A stretch of 41,918 nucleotides of DNA from Pseudomonadota bacterium (GTDB taxonomy: Bacteria; Pseudomonadota; Gammaproteobacteria; Xanthomonadales; Xanthomonadaceae), in the NCBI GenBank assembly GCA_023457475.1, contig JAEWLO010000068.1, positions 1 through 41,918 on the forward strand, given 5' to 3'. Below are positions 16,973-28,867 of this stretch, in pieces. The translations under genes were made by a program, and so were the position numbers. How positions within the stretch are numbered: position 1 is the first letter of the stretch; the number at the start of each line of letters is the position of its first letter. The notes beneath the pieces are model-generated. The model saw only the letters and a list, made by a program, of their open reading frames with translations. It was not told the origin of the DNA and did not search any database.

Positions 16973-17153
16973 GACGGCCATATTGTGAGCGCCGTCACTC
17001 AATCCAGCGCGGGAGCTGATTGACACCCGGGCTGACGAGGAACAGCGTGCAGGTTGCGGCTCCACCTCCCGTGCCCGGGCGACCTCGCTTGACGTGACCT
17101 GACGTCCCGCGCCCGGCTACGATGTGCGTCTTCAATTGAGGTTCGGCGTTGGC

Positions 17154-19082
17154 ATGACGAAGCAGCACATGGACAGTGCGGGTGCACTGGGCGCTACCGC
17201 GGGAGAAGGGCATGCGCCCAGGCACCCAGGAGGAATCGGGTTGCTGGCGCTTCTCGCCGTGCCGATGGCTTTTCCGGTCGCCCACGCCTCCCAGCCCGTC
17301 ACCTTCGTCCTTCAGGCCAGTGGCTTCGAATCTGCGGTGGTGGCGGATGACCAAGGACGGCTGATCCAGGATGCGCCGGGACGCGTCCAGCAACTCACCC
17401 CGGACCGGTGGGTAGCGGTGGACCACGGCAGCAGCCAAAGCGTCTGGTTCGACGCGGTCGGCCGTGTTTCGCTCAAGGGTCTGTATGTCGAGATCCGCTC
17501 GCCGGCCTTTGAGCGCAATGCGGACGACCCGGACCAACGCCCGCTGTTCATTGCCTGGTCGAAGGCCGGCACGGGCCTGCTGCATTCCGATGGCAGCACC
17601 TTCATCGAATGGCAGCCGGGGCAGGGCGAGTGGACGCGGACCGCTCATCCTCAACGCTACAGCTGGCGGTCGCGCGAAGGTGAGCGCATCTTTGACCAGC
17701 AGGGGAAGCTTCGCCTTTCGCTGAAGGCTGAAGAACTCCGAGCTGCAGGCCCGTTCCCGGATCGCACCGAGTATCTGGTGTGCAACCTTGCGACACAGGC
17801 ACCCTGCACACTACGCGCCGAAACCGGCACCGTACTGTGGAGCGCAGCAATCGATGATCTCGAGCCACTGGCAACGGGTGGCTGGCTCGGCCGGCAGGGA
17901 AGTGCATGGCGTCAACTCGACGCGCACGGCCAGCCCACCGGCGACCGCACGCGTGTCCATGTAGAGGGGCATTTCTACGGCGTAACGCTCACCCCGGCCG
18001 ATGACGAAGCACCCTCGTGGCCGCGCTGGATGACCGAGTACAGGGTGGACCGCGAGGACGCTGAAGGGCTTTTCATTGACCCGAACAGTGCGGTCGGCGG
18101 CCTGATGCAGTCCGACGGACGCTTCACCCCGGTCCCGGATGCCACAAAGGGAGACGAGGTCTGCCCAGGCGTATGGCGTTACAGGATGCCCGAGGGAGAT
18201 CGGCTGGGTGATGGCAACGGAAACGTGGCAGGCCGCTTCCCGGCCTACTCATGGAATGCGGTCGAGGCACACCCGCATCTGAGATTGGCGGTGGCGGAGA
18301 ATGGCCAGGAGTCGCTGGTGGATTGCAGTGGGCGACAGGTAGTCGACACGCCGGCACTGGACCGCCTTACCTCCGAACTTGGCGGCATGAGGGGCACGCT
18401 GGCAGGCGAATCGGAGCAGCGCCTCTGGCTGGACGCCACCCTGCAGCCGCATCTGCTGCCGAAGGGCAGCGCGATCGACGCGTCCAGCCATGACGGTGCG
18501 CTGCTTCTGGTGAGAACGGGCGAGGGGCTTCGGCTGTACAACGTCAAGCAGAAGCGCTTCGTCGGCGCCGTGATGCAGTCCGTTGACCTGCTGCAAACCG
18601 GTGCCACGTTCCTGCAGGATGGCTACTACGGATTCGTGGACGAGGAAGGGATTGAGCGCCTCCCTCCGCGGTACAACGCTATAACCTCCTGGGGCAAGGA
18701 CCGTCTGTGGACGTGGCGTTATCTGGAAGACGACGCGTCAAGCCGGACGCAGGCGGCCCTGCATCGCCTGGACGGCTCGGTGATCAAACGCTGGAACGGT
18801 GCCGCCGTGGGCGACAGCCCGCTGCTCCACGATCTGCCAGACCAGGGGCCGGTCACGGAACTGATCGGCCCCACTATCGACACCGCGCAGGGCAGCTACT
18901 TTGGACAGCAGTGGGTAGACCGCGAGGGCCGCACGCTGTTCCTGGCCATGCACTGCCAGCGCGACGTGGCGGAAGCCCAGGGTGCGGTGATCGAGCCCTT
19001 GACCGGCAAGGTGAGACGGCACGGCATGGCCTGTGAGATTCCTGATCAGGTGCGGGCCGCCATGGCCCCTCTCATCCTGTGA
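17154..19082 (+). CDS. Exported WG-repeat-like (beta-rich) protein
   Basis: Signal-like segment ending AHA; repeats such as DGYYGFVDEEGIERLPPRYNAI and xDxxG turns. Start uncertain. Confidence 0.7.
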   Translation: MTKQHMDSAGALGATAGEGHAPRHPGGIGLLALLAVPMAFPVAHASQPVTFVLQASGFESAVVADDQGRLIQDAPGRVQQLTPDRWVAVDHGSSQSVWFDAVGRVSLKGLYVEIRSPAFERNADDPDQRPLFIAWSKAGTGLLHSDGSTFIEWQPGQGEWTRTAHPQRYSWRSREGERIFDQQGKLRLSLKAEELRAAGPFPDRTEYLVCNLATQAPCTLRAETGTVLWSAAIDDLEPLATGGWLGRQGSAWRQLDAHGQPTGDRTRVHVEGHFYGVTLTPADDEAPSWPRWMTEYRVDREDAEGLFIDPNSAVGGLMQSDGRFTPVPDATKGDEVCPGVWRYRMPEGDRLGDGNGNVAGRFPAYSWNAVEAHPHLRLAVAENGQESLVDCSGRQVVDTPALDRLTSELGGMRGTLAGESEQRLWLDATLQPHLLPKGSAIDASSHDGALLLVRTGEGLRLYNVKQKRFVGAVMQSVDLLQTGATFLQDGYYGFVDEEGIERLPPRYNAITSWGKDRLWTWRYLEDDASSRTQAALHRLDGSVIKRWNGAAVGDSPLLHDLPDQGPVTELIGPTIDTAQGSYFGQQWVDREGRTLFLAMHCQRDVAEAQGAVIEPLTGKVRRHGMACEIPDQVRAAMAPLIL

Positions 19083-19091
19083 GTGTCGTCC

Positions 19092-19823
19092 TCATCTCCA
19101 CGGATGGTTGTTAACTTCCACGAACAGCGTAGGCAGGGTCAGCAATGGATCGCCGATCTTCCCGATCTGAATGTCCAGATCGGCGGGCAGGGCGTTGCCC
19201 GCATCCTGCAGCAACCGTTCGCACCGCTGCTGAAAGTCGGCGTCCAATCGGCTGCGCGGCTGGAGGTAGCAGGAAAAGCGCGACTGGTCGCGCCACGCCG
19301 GAGGCACCACCGTGTACTCGGTGGTGCCCAGTGCGAACAACGGGGCGTATTCCTGGCCGGGCAGCGGCAGCGTGACCTGCTGGGCGTCCAACGTCTTCTG
19401 GCCTGGAAGATCAATGGCCCACGCCTTGAGACGATGCCGGCCGGGCACGGGGCCGACGTTGCCGTTCAGCGCTTCCTTGAGCAGAGCCAGCGCGCCGTCC
19501 ACGTCGAGCCCATGGTGCTGCAGGTCGACAGTGTTGAGCATCAGCCACAACTGGATGGGCCCTTCCACCGGTCCAGCGGCGTGCGCGATGTCGGCAGGGG
19601 CAAGCAGCGGCAGCACCGTAGTGCTCACCAGCGACCCCAGTGCGGTGGCATCACGTTCCCGGCTGGTCACAGTGATGAACAGTTCGGGGGTGATCTGCGG
19701 CCCCAGAGGCAGTAGGCTGGGCGCGATAGGCGTTGCCGGTGCCGCAGCGGGAGCCAACGAGCATCCCAGCGGCAAAAATGCGGTACCGGCGAGTGCTGCC
19801 TGCAGCAGGCGTCTGCGCTGCAT
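19092..19823 (-). CDS. Hypothetical Tat-exported (lipo)protein
   Basis: MQRRRLLQAALAGTAFLPLGC: twin-arginine motif plus lipobox-like Cys. Alternative starts 19841 or 19889. Confidence 0.65.
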   Translation of the reverse strand: MQRRRLLQAALAGTAFLPLGCSLAPAAAPATPIAPSLLPLGPQITPELFITVTSRERDATALGSLVSTTVLPLLAPADIAHAAGPVEGPIQLWLMLNTVDLQHHGLDVDGALALLKEALNGNVGPVPGRHRLKAWAIDLPGQKTLDAQQVTLPLPGQEYAPLFALGTTEYTVVPPAWRDQSRFSCYLQPRSRLDADFQQRCERLLQDAGNALPADLDIQIGKIGDPLLTLPTLFVEVNNHPWR

Positions 19824-19885
19824 CAAAGGGTTATCGTCCATGCGCAAGTGTAGCGTCTCGATACGGCACGCGGTCCGTGCGGCAA

Positions 19886-20869
19886 TCACGCACCACCCGC
19901 CACATCAATCGCCACCTTCCCGCGCAGACCGTGCCGCGTGCCATTCTCCAGCAGCTGATGAGCATCACCCATACGCTCCAGCGGCAGCACCGCACCAATC
20001 ACCGGCTTCACCTGCCCACGCTCCACCAGCCGCGTCAGCGCATCCAGCTTGCCCCGGTTCTGGCGGGTGAACACGAAATGGTAGGCCGCGTTCTTGCCCC
20101 AGGCCTCGACCAGGTTCTGGGGCGTGGCGATGTCCACGAGGCTGACCACGCGGCCGCCATCGGCAATCGCCAGCGGGCTACGGGTGAGGGTGTCGCCGCC
20201 GATGGTGTCGAACACCACATTGACCCCTTCGCCTCTGGTGATCTCGGCCACCGCGTCCACGTAGTCGGTGGTGGTGAAGTCGATGGCCTCATCGGCACCC
20301 AGCTCCCGCACGAAGGCGTGATCCTGCGTCCGGGCGGTGGTGAGCACCCGCGCACCCATCGCCTTGGCCACCTGGATGGCCAGCGTGCCGACGCCACCGG
20401 CACCGCCGTGGATCAGCACTGTCTCGCCGGCGGCCAGCTGGGCGCGGGTAAAGAACGCCTCCCACACCGTGCCGCCCGCCAGAGTGAGGCTGGCCGCTTC
20501 GAGGTGGCTCAGGTTCTCCGGCTTGCGCCCCACCAGCTCCACATCGGCCACGTGCTGCTCGGCGTACGAACCCCAGCCGCCGAAGATCTTAGGGGTGTAA
20601 TAGACGGCATCACCCACGGCGAATTCAGTGACATCCGAGCCGATCTCCTCGATGACCCCGGAGATGTCGTGGCCGATGATGGCGGGCAGGGGCACGTAGG
20701 CGGTGTAGTCACCCCGGCGGATCTGGTAGTCCAGCGGGTTCACCGCGGTGGCATGCACGCGCACCCGCACCTGACGCGCACCCACCTCGGGCACGGCCAC
20801 ATCCCGCAGTTCGAACGCATCGCTTCCGCCGAAGCGGGTCAGCACCATGGCTTTCATTCTGTTGCTCAT
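19886..20869 (-). CDS. MDR-superfamily NADPH:quinone oxidoreductase-like dehydrogenase
   Basis: [36 protein letters not shown]. Confidence 0.92.
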   Translation of the reverse strand: MSNRMKAMVLTRFGGSDAFELRDVAVPEVGARQVRVRVHATAVNPLDYQIRRGDYTAYVPLPAIIGHDISGVIEEIGSDVTEFAVGDAVYYTPKIFGGWGSYAEQHVADVELVGRKPENLSHLEAASLTLAGGTVWEAFFTRAQLAAGETVLIHGGAGGVGTLAIQVAKAMGARVLTTARTQDHAFVRELGADEAIDFTTTDYVDAVAEITRGEGVNVVFDTIGGDTLTRSPLAIADGGRVVSLVDIATPQNLVEAWGKNAAYHFVFTRQNRGKLDALTRLVERGQVKPVIGAVLPLERMGDAHQLLENGTRHGLRGKVAIDVAGGA

Positions 20870-21049
20870 GAGGAGGAGTCCTTCGGTCTTCAGGGCCACG
20901 TGTGTGGCGATGCGTCATGCTCCTCTCGAAGGCCGGTGCCCGGTACCCAGCCACAGGCGAATTCACTTTCAACGATTCGTTGAAGGTGCGGCTGCCGGCG
21001 GCGGGGACGATATGCGAACCTATCCGGACGGAACCGGCCGGAAGCCGCG

Positions 21050-21958
21050 ATGGATTTCAACGACCTCACCCTGTTTGTACGCGTTGCCCGCCTTGGCAGC
21101 ATCAGCGCCGCCGCCCGCGACCTGGGCATCACACCGGCCGCCGCCAGTGCCCGGCTGGCGCTGTTCGAAAAGGGGCTGGGTGCACGACTGGTACACCGGA
21201 CTACCCGCAAGACCACTCTGACCGAGGATGGCAACGCCTTGCTGCCGCACGCCGAGCATCTGCTGGAGGCAGCTGACGCTGCCCGCGCCGTGCTTGGCCG
21301 TGAGCAGCAGTCGCCCCGGGGCGTGCTGCGGGTGGCGGCACCTTCCACCTTCGCCCGCATGCATATCGTGCCGATGCTGTCTGACTTCATGGCGCGCTAC
21401 CCGGATATCCGGCTGGACCTGCGCATCACCGACAGCGTGGTGGACCTGGTAGAAGGGGCGTTCGACGTGGCGATTCGCTATGCCGATCTGGCGGACTCCT
21501 CGATGGTCGCCCGGCGGCTGGCACCGGACCGTCGGGTACTGGTGGCCGCACCGGAGTACCTCGCGCAGCACGGAGAGCCGGCCACGCCGGAGGAGCTGGA
21601 CCGGCACGCCTGCCTGGTGGTGGGCACGCTGGACCTGTGGACGTTCCAGGACAAGGCAGGGGAGGTCATCCCCAGGCGGGTGGTGCCCACGCTGCGAATC
21701 AATGACGGTGGGGCGGTGCGGGATGCGGCCGTGGCCGGGCTCGGGATCGCCCTGATGGCGACCTGGGTGGCGGCCGAGGAGCTGCGGAGTGGGGCGCTGG
21801 TGCCGGTGTTGCGGGGGTATCCCTTGGTTTCCACGCAGACGCTTTGGGCGATTTACCCGAGTGTGCGTGAACTGGCACCGAAGGTGCGGGTGTTCATTGA
21901 TTGGCTGGTGGAGCGGATTGGAGTGGAGCCGGTCTGGGATCGGGGGCTCCCGGTCTAG
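21050..21958 (+). CDS. LysR-family transcriptional regulator (CrgA/DmlR-like)
   Basis: N-terminal HTH GSISAAARDLGITPAAAS...LVHRTTR; C-terminal APKVRVFIDWL; divergent from the MDR gene. Confidence 0.95.
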   Translation: MDFNDLTLFVRVARLGSISAAARDLGITPAAASARLALFEKGLGARLVHRTTRKTTLTEDGNALLPHAEHLLEAADAARAVLGREQQSPRGVLRVAAPSTFARMHIVPMLSDFMARYPDIRLDLRITDSVVDLVEGAFDVAIRYADLADSSMVARRLAPDRRVLVAAPEYLAQHGEPATPEELDRHACLVVGTLDLWTFQDKAGEVIPRRVVPTLRINDGGAVRDAAVAGLGIALMATWVAAEELRSGALVPVLRGYPLVSTQTLWAIYPSVRELAPKVRVFIDWLVERIGVEPVWDRGLPV

Positions 21959-21970
21959 GGACGGGGCGAT

Positions 21971-23794
21971 TCAGCAACCCTCGATCGCGTAGGCTGCGTG
22001 GACGAGGGCGAGGTGACTCAAGCCCTGGGGAGTATTTCCCAACCCCTCGTCAGTGTGCGGATCCCACATCTCCGGCATCAGCCCAACATCATTCCGACCC
22101 CGGGTCAGCCGCGAACCGAAGAGACGACCGGCTTCCTCCGTGTCGCCCAGCAGGCCATAAGCCTCCACCATCCAGAATGCGCAGCTGATGAAGGTGCCCT
22201 CGCATTCCTGCATGCCGCTGTAGCGCCAAAGCAGGTCGCCGCTTTCATCGGCCAGTTCCTGCCTCATCGCCTCCCGGGTCGCGATGAACCTATCCCGGCG
22301 CACCGCACCCAGGCCAAAGCGCGAAGCAAGCATAAGACTGGCGTCCAGACGCTCGCTGCCGGCGTGCATCACATAACTCTGCCTGGCCTCGCTCCAGCAG
22401 TGCTCGTCCACCCATTCGAGGATGCGCTCCCGCTCCCTCTGCCAGCGCGGCAGGCGTGCCGTAGTGATATGTCCGGCCTCCGCCAGTTCACAGGCTCGAC
22501 GCAGGGCCATCCAGCATTCCACCTTGGACATGGTGTAGTGCTGTGGTTCTTCCAGTTCCCAGAAGCCGTGATCCTTGCGCATCCAGCTGTCCGCGCATTC
22601 GTCCGCCAGTTCAAACAGCACACGGGCCGTGGTGGGGTCCAGAATGTGGCCGGCTTCGACCATGCGACTGGCCATCTCCAGAACGTCACCATAAGCGCAG
22701 GTCTGAAGCTGGTCGGTAGCGGTGTTGCCGATACGCACCGGTCGGCTGTTGCGATAGCCCGGCACCTCCACGACGCGTTCTTCCTCCACGCGTTCCCCGC
22801 GGAGGGTGAAGCAAGGGGCCAGGCCCGGGCGATGGCGGCCGATGGTGGTCATCAGCCAGCTGAAACCGGCCTTGGCGTCTGGAAGGGCACCCACCCGCAG
22901 GAAGGTCTTGATCACGTACGCGGCATCGCGTACCCACGCGTAGCGATAGTCCCAGTTCTTGTCGCCCCCGATACGCTCGGGCAGCGAGGCACTCACGGCT
23001 GCGGCGATGGCACCCGTTGGCGAGAACCACAGGAACTTCAGCGACAGAACGGAGCGGATCACGTCGGCACGGCGACTGATCCCGCAATGGAGATCCCCCA
23101 CCCATTGCCGCCATTCGTCGTCCGACCGGTCAATGCGTGCATCGATCTCGACCAGCTGGGGTACCGGCAGCACCTCGTCCTGCGCCACCAGCAGCGCGAC
23201 AACGTGGCGCTCGCCCGGACCCAGCGTCAGCGTGCCCCGAACCTCCCGGTCGTCGCGCTGGGCTATTTCGGTGCTCTCGGGATACCGCAGCATCGTCATG
23301 ACCGGCCCGACGTGATGCACGCAGCCATTGGGTGTGTCGCTCATCCAAGGCGTACACGTGCCGGCACGTGTCCCGGGCTGGTACAGCAGCTCGAAGATCA
23401 CCTCGCCCTCAAGGCCCTCAAGTCGCCGCGCCAGCTCGGACCAGGGCAGGCGGCCCGCCGGCCCGCTGTTGAGGGATTCAGTGACCAAGGCCACACCTGT
23501 GGCGGTGCGCACCCTCGTCTCCAGCACGTTGCTGTGGTCGCGGTAGCAGCGCTCAACAGCCTGCAGGCCACGCGCCTGCAGGACGAAGCGACCACCGTCG
23601 GGCGCGTCCAGGACGCGGTCCAGCAATGGCGGGGCGTCCATGCAGGGCGCACACCACCAGTCGATGCTGCCATCGGGCGCGATGAGCGCACTGGAGCGCC
23701 CATCCCCGATGGCGGCATACGCATGGATAGGGGCATAACCATCCGCATCGCGACCAGTCGCAACGGTACCGGCACCCGTAGCACCCGCCATCAC
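21971..23794 (-). CDS. Glycoside hydrolase family 15 (glucoamylase/trehalase-like)
   Basis: [58 protein letters not shown]; start overlaps the upstream SDR stop. Confidence 0.93.
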   Translation of the reverse strand: MMAGATGAGTVATGRDADGYAPIHAYAAIGDGRSSALIAPDGSIDWWCAPCMDAPPLLDRVLDAPDGGRFVLQARGLQAVERCYRDHSNVLETRVRTATGVALVTESLNSGPAGRLPWSELARRLEGLEGEVIFELLYQPGTRAGTCTPWMSDTPNGCVHHVGPVMTMLRYPESTEIAQRDDREVRGTLTLGPGERHVVALLVAQDEVLPVPQLVEIDARIDRSDDEWRQWVGDLHCGISRRADVIRSVLSLKFLWFSPTGAIAAAVSASLPERIGGDKNWDYRYAWVRDAAYVIKTFLRVGALPDAKAGFSWLMTTIGRHRPGLAPCFTLRGERVEEERVVEVPGYRNSRPVRIGNTATDQLQTCAYGDVLEMASRMVEAGHILDPTTARVLFELADECADSWMRKDHGFWELEEPQHYTMSKVECWMALRRACELAEAGHITTARLPRWQRERERILEWVDEHCWSEARQSYVMHAGSERLDASLMLASRFGLGAVRRDRFIATREAMRQELADESGDLLWRYSGMQECEGTFISCAFWMVEAYGLLGDTEEAGRLFGSRLTRGRNDVGLMPEMWDPHTDEGLGNTPQGLSHLALVHAAYAIEGC

Positions 23795-24690
23795 GGCAGA
23801 AGCATGCCGCCAGTGGCACCGATCACTTCACCGGTGATGTAGCTCGATTCCTGCGTAGCCAGCAGCACGTAGGCCGGCGCCATCTCCACCGGCTGCCCGG
23901 CACGCTTCAACGGCGTCTGTGAGCCGAATTCGGGAATCGCTTCGGGCGGCTGACCGCCCGCCGGCTGCAGCGGTGTCCAGATGGGGCCGGGCGCAATGGC
24001 GTTGACACGGATGCCGCGGTCCGCCACCTGCTGTGCCAGCGCCTTGGTGAAGTTCACGATGGCCGCCTTGGTCGGTGCGTAGTCCAACAGGTTCGGGGAA
24101 GGCTGGTAGGCCTGGATCGAAGCGGTGTTGATGATCGTGGCACCGGCCGGCAGATGGGGCAGGGCAGCCTTGCAGACCCAGAACAAGGCATGGACATTGG
24201 TACGGAAGGTAGCGTCGAACTGCTCGGTGGTCAGATCTTCTATCTTCTCCACCGCCAACTGCTTGCCGGCGATGTTGGCCAGCACGTCCAGCCCACCCAA
24301 GGCGTTCACTGCCTGCTCCACAAGCTGGCTGCAGAAGGCCTCGTCCTGCAGGTCACCCGGCAAAGGCACTGCTTTGCGACCCTCTGCCTCGATCAGCTTC
24401 ACCACCTCGGCCGCATCTTCCTCTTCTTCCGGAAGATAGTTGAGCACCACATCGGCACCTTCACGGGCAAAGGCAATGGCCACCGCGCGGCCAATTCCGG
24501 AGTCGGCACCGGTGACGAGCGCCTTGCGCCCCACCATGCGGCCAAAGCCAACGTAGCTCTTCTCGCCATGGTCGGCCTTCGGCGTGAGTCCGTGCACGGT
24601 GCCTGGCGGGTTCTGTACCTGCGCGGGGTAGCTAGGCTGCGGGAACTGGGTGAGGGGGTTCTGCATCGCGAACTGATTGGGGGACGTCAT
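23791..24690 (-). CDS. SDR oxidoreductase (YghA-like)
   Basis: [31 protein letters not shown]. Confidence 0.93.
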   Translation of the reverse strand: MTSPNQFAMQNPLTQFPQPSYPAQVQNPPGTVHGLTPKADHGEKSYVGFGRMVGRKALVTGADSGIGRAVAIAFAREGADVVLNYLPEEEEDAAEVVKLIEAEGRKAVPLPGDLQDEAFCSQLVEQAVNALGGLDVLANIAGKQLAVEKIEDLTTEQFDATFRTNVHALFWVCKAALPHLPAGATIINTASIQAYQPSPNLLDYAPTKAAIVNFTKALAQQVADRGIRVNAIAPGPIWTPLQPAGGQPPEAIPEFGSQTPLKRAGQPVEMAPAYVLLATQESSYITGEVIGATGGMLLP

Positions 24691-24723
24691 GTAGATCCTT
24701 TGGGGGAGAGAGATTCAGATGCC

Positions 24724-25590
<867 letters not shown>

Positions 25591-25708
25591 CGGGTGGACC
25601 TCGTCGAGCGGGAGAAGCTTCAGTGTGTGCAAACGCGAGTAAACACCGTGGCCCGGTCGCGTCGTCATCGTGTGCAGGGCCAATGCCGCTCTCAACTATC
25701 CATCGTGG

Positions 25709-26185
25709 CTAGCGCCTCGACTTCCCATCCCTGGACGCCCATTGCGTGATCAGCGCAGCGCTTCCCACCGCAATGGCATCCTCAACGGTGCCGGTGCTCG
25801 TTTGGCCGTAGCGTGCGATGGCACGCATCCGAAGATTGAACGTCACGTAGGCCATTCCCACGGCGGCACCCGCCCCAAGAAGGGCACCCAGCCTGCGGTG
25901 ACGGCGCGGTGCCAGCGATGCGCCTGCAATCATGCCCGTGGCCACGCGGGCGACCATGCCTGCAGGAACGATACGGTCCGGCGCGGATTTCATCTTGTCT
26001 CCGGCCAGCTCGCCGCCGGCCAGGGCAAGCATGCCAGCAGAGGCCAGCTTGTTGCCCAGCAGGCGAGGGGCGCCGTTGTCGGCGGGAAGATTGCCGCTTC
26101 GCGCGGCATTGGTCACGGCGGCCAAGGGCGTCATCGCCCGCATGCCCGCTACCGCGCCCATCAGGATCGAGTGAATCAACGCCAT
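25709..26185 (-). CDS. DUF4126-like membrane protein
   Basis: GAVAGMRAMTPLA, GELAGDK, EDAIAV; RBS GGAG. Confidence 0.75.
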   Translation of the reverse strand: MALIHSILMGAVAGMRAMTPLAAVTNAARSGNLPADNGAPRLLGNKLASAGMLALAGGELAGDKMKSAPDRIVPAGMVARVATGMIAGASLAPRRHRRLGALLGAGAAVGMAYVTFNLRMRAIARYGQTSTGTVEDAIAVGSAALITQWASRDGKSRR

Positions 26186-26217
26186 TGTGGTCTCCCGGGA
26201 TTCAAAGGGCTTTCGTG

Positions 26218-26382
26218 TCAGGGCTTCGGCGGCCGCTCATAGTCGTCCGGCTCTGCGGTGTGCTCTGCCTCGGGCATGTCCTTGTCCTTCCACTTCGCAT
26301 CGTCATTGCGCAGCTTGTCCGGCGTATGTGCCTTCTGCTGGTCATCGACGTCCGCGCCGGGATTGAAAGGTAAATTGTTCAT
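26218..26382 (-). CDS. Small highly hydrophilic protein, 54 aa (below the ORF-track cutoff)
   Basis: Manual translation [58 protein letters not shown] upstream; fills the gap in the same orientation as downstream genes. Confidence 0.7.
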   Translation of the reverse strand: MNNLPFNPGADVDDQQKAHTPDKLRNDDAKWKDKDMPEAEHTAEPDDYERPPKP

Positions 26383-26535
26383 GGTGCGGCTCCGAGTCGG
26401 GTACGGACGTCATGCTGCGCCTGCATGCATGAGTGCGGAGTATGTGCGGACTGCACACGCCCACCACATCAAGGTCACCCGTGCGGCACGCTGCCGCAGG
26501 TATCTGTAGGTTCTACGCCACGCGAGGACCTACCG

Positions 26536-27699
26536 ATGCGCGCATTGACCTACCACGGCAGCAAAGACGTTCGGGTGGACACCGTTCCCGATCCCACCCT
26601 GGCTGCACCGGACGATCTCATTCTCCGTGTCACGGCCACCGCCATCTGCGGCTCCGACCTGCACCTGTACCGGGGAAAGATCCCCGACCTGCATACCGGC
26701 GACGTGCTGGGTCACGAATTCATGGGCATCGTGGAAGAGGTGGGCAGCGCCGTCACCGAACTGCGTCCCGGCGACCGCGTGGTGGTCCCCTTCGTGATCG
26801 CCTGCGGCGAATGCTTCCACTGCAGGCTGGCCGAGCACGCCGCCTGCGAGACCACCAATACCGGCAAGGGCGCTGCGCTGAACCAGAAGGGCATCCGTGC
26901 ACCGGCCGCGTTGTTCGGCTACAGCCATCTCTATGGCGGCGTATCTGGCGGCCAGGCTGAATACGTTCGTGTGCCCAAGGCCAATGTCGGCCCGCTGCGC
27001 GTCCCGGATGCGCTGCCCGACGAGCAGGTGCTGTTCCTCTCCGACATCCTGCCCACCGGGTACCAAGCCGCCATCAATGCCGGAGTCAAACCGGGCTCCA
27101 CCGTGGCCATCTTCGGTGCAGGTCCGGTAGGTCTCATGAGCGCCGCGTGCTGTCGGCTGCTCGGGGCCGAAACCATTTTCATGGTCGACCACCTCCCTTA
27201 TCGGCTGGCCTTCGCCCAGCAGACCTACGGCGTCACGCCGGTGGATTTCAGCCAGATCGAAGATCCCGCGCAGTACATCATCACCCAGACCAACGGCCGC
27301 GGCGTGGATGCCTCCATCGAAGCGGTAGGCTTCGAGGCCGAAGGCAGCGCGCTCGAGTCGGCACTGACCACACTGAAGGTAGAGGGCAGCAGCGGGGTGG
27401 CCATCCGCCAGTGCATCGCCGCCACGCGACGCTGCGGCACCGTGAGCATCCCCGGCGTCTACGCCGGCTTCCTGCATGGCTTCCTGCTTGGCGACGCCTT
27501 CGACAAGGGGCTCACCTTCAAGATGGGCCAGACCCATGTGCAGGGATTGATGCCCGAGCTGCTGGACTACATCGGCGAAGGTGCGCTGGACCCGGGCGTC
27601 ATCATCACCCATCGCCTGTCGCTGGAAGACGCGGTACGTGGCTACGAAATCTTTGACCGCAAGGAAGAGGATTGCCGCAAGGTGATCCTGACGCCCTGA
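26536..27699 (+). CDS. Zn-dependent alcohol/formaldehyde dehydrogenase-like (YbdR-like)
   Basis: ICGSDLH, GHEFMG, CGECFHC...[23 protein letters not shown]. Confidence 0.93.
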   Translation: MRALTYHGSKDVRVDTVPDPTLAAPDDLILRVTATAICGSDLHLYRGKIPDLHTGDVLGHEFMGIVEEVGSAVTELRPGDRVVVPFVIACGECFHCRLAEHAACETTNTGKGAALNQKGIRAPAALFGYSHLYGGVSGGQAEYVRVPKANVGPLRVPDALPDEQVLFLSDILPTGYQAAINAGVKPGSTVAIFGAGPVGLMSAACCRLLGAETIFMVDHLPYRLAFAQQTYGVTPVDFSQIEDPAQYIITQTNGRGVDASIEAVGFEAEGSALESALTTLKVEGSSGVAIRQCIAATRRCGTVSIPGVYAGFLHGFLLGDAFDKGLTFKMGQTHVQGLMPELLDYIGEGALDPGVIITHRLSLEDAVRGYEIFDRKEEDCRKVILTP

Positions 27700-27768
27700 C
27701 ATGGACTGCCTTTCCGATCACGCCGCCGGCACACGACTGCTGCCGTCCCCGGCGGCAGCGGGGTGAGC

Positions 27769-28035
27769 ATGTCCGCCGACTTTCTGGGCTGGGCCGCAAC
27801 GGTTGTGCTGATTGCCACCCTGATGCGGCAGATCTACAAGCAGCACCAGTCCGGATCGACAGAAGGCGTCTCGACGTGGCTGTTTGTCGGCCAGATGACC
27901 GCTTCGGTCCTGTTCATCGCCTACAGCGCGCTCGTGGGGTCAATGGTTTTCGTCGTTACCAACAGCCTGATCCTGGTGACAGCGGTTGTGGGACAGGCCC
28001 TCGCAGTGCGCCAGCGCCGCTCAAAGTCAAAGTGA
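27769..28035 (+). CDS. PQ-loop/SemiSWEET-like 3-TM protein
   Basis: 88 aa, three TM; RQIYKQHQSGSTEGVS matches the PQ-loop pattern; Asn in VVTN in the last helix. Confidence 0.7.
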   Translation: MSADFLGWAATVVLIATLMRQIYKQHQSGSTEGVSTWLFVGQMTASVLFIAYSALVGSMVFVVTNSLILVTAVVGQALAVRQRRSKSK

Positions 28036-28118
28036 AGGGAGAGGTGCCGGTCGGCCCGCTGGATCACGAAAACTCCACGCGCCGTCTTGTATCCCTGCGC
28101 TAAGACACATCGAAGAGC

Positions 28119-28601
28119 GTGAAAATGTCTGACCTTTTTGACCTTGGCATGCCCTGGTTCGAATTCGTGCTCCGGGCAGCGGCGGTCTACGTCGTGGTGC
28201 TTCTGCTCACACGACTCAGCGGCAAGCGCTCCATCGGCCAGTCTGCCCCCTTTGACATGCTCGTCATCGTGCTGCTGGGCACGGCAGTGCAGAACTCGCT
28301 GATTGGCGAGGACACCTCCCTGCTCGGTGGCTTGATCCTCGCGGCAACGCTGCTGGCACTCAACTGGCTGATGGGCTACGTGACCGCCCGCAGCCACCGT
28401 CTCCATGCCTGGGTGGAAGGAACGCCCGTCATCCTGGTCCGCGAAGGGAAGGTGTTCTGGGATCAACTGCGCCGCTGCAATGTTGCCCCGGAAGACCTTG
28501 ATGTGGCAATGCGCAAGGAGGGGTGTGAGGGGCACCATCGGATCAAACTGGCGGTGCTGGAAACCTCCGGTGACATCACCATGGAGATCACTCGCACTTG
28601 A
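28119..28601 (+). CDS. DUF421/YetF-family membrane protein
   Basis: RLSGKRSIGQ..PFD, VEGTPVILVREG, AVLETSGDIT. Confidence 0.88.
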   Translation: MKMSDLFDLGMPWFEFVLRAAAVYVVVLLLTRLSGKRSIGQSAPFDMLVIVLLGTAVQNSLIGEDTSLLGGLILAATLLALNWLMGYVTARSHRLHAWVEGTPVILVREGKVFWDQLRRCNVAPEDLDVAMRKEGCEGHHRIKLAVLETSGDITMEITRT

Positions 28602-28867
28602 TAAACGGTTCATCCTCAGGCTGAGTGCCCGCCAGCGTTGCCTTCCAACAGTCAGGATATGGACTCATGCCAGACGGGCATGACGTTCTGGACCTGTGTC
28701 ACGAATACATCGCCGATCTTTCACGGTGAGTTGATCGGTACAACGTATAGATTGCATTCATGGCGTTGCCGCGTCTCTGCGACCAATGCTTACCCGACTC
28801 AACTTCAACTGCGCCGCTCGCCGGCCGCAGCCGGTGTTTGCTTTCTCTTCTCTGGCAGAAATCCCCC

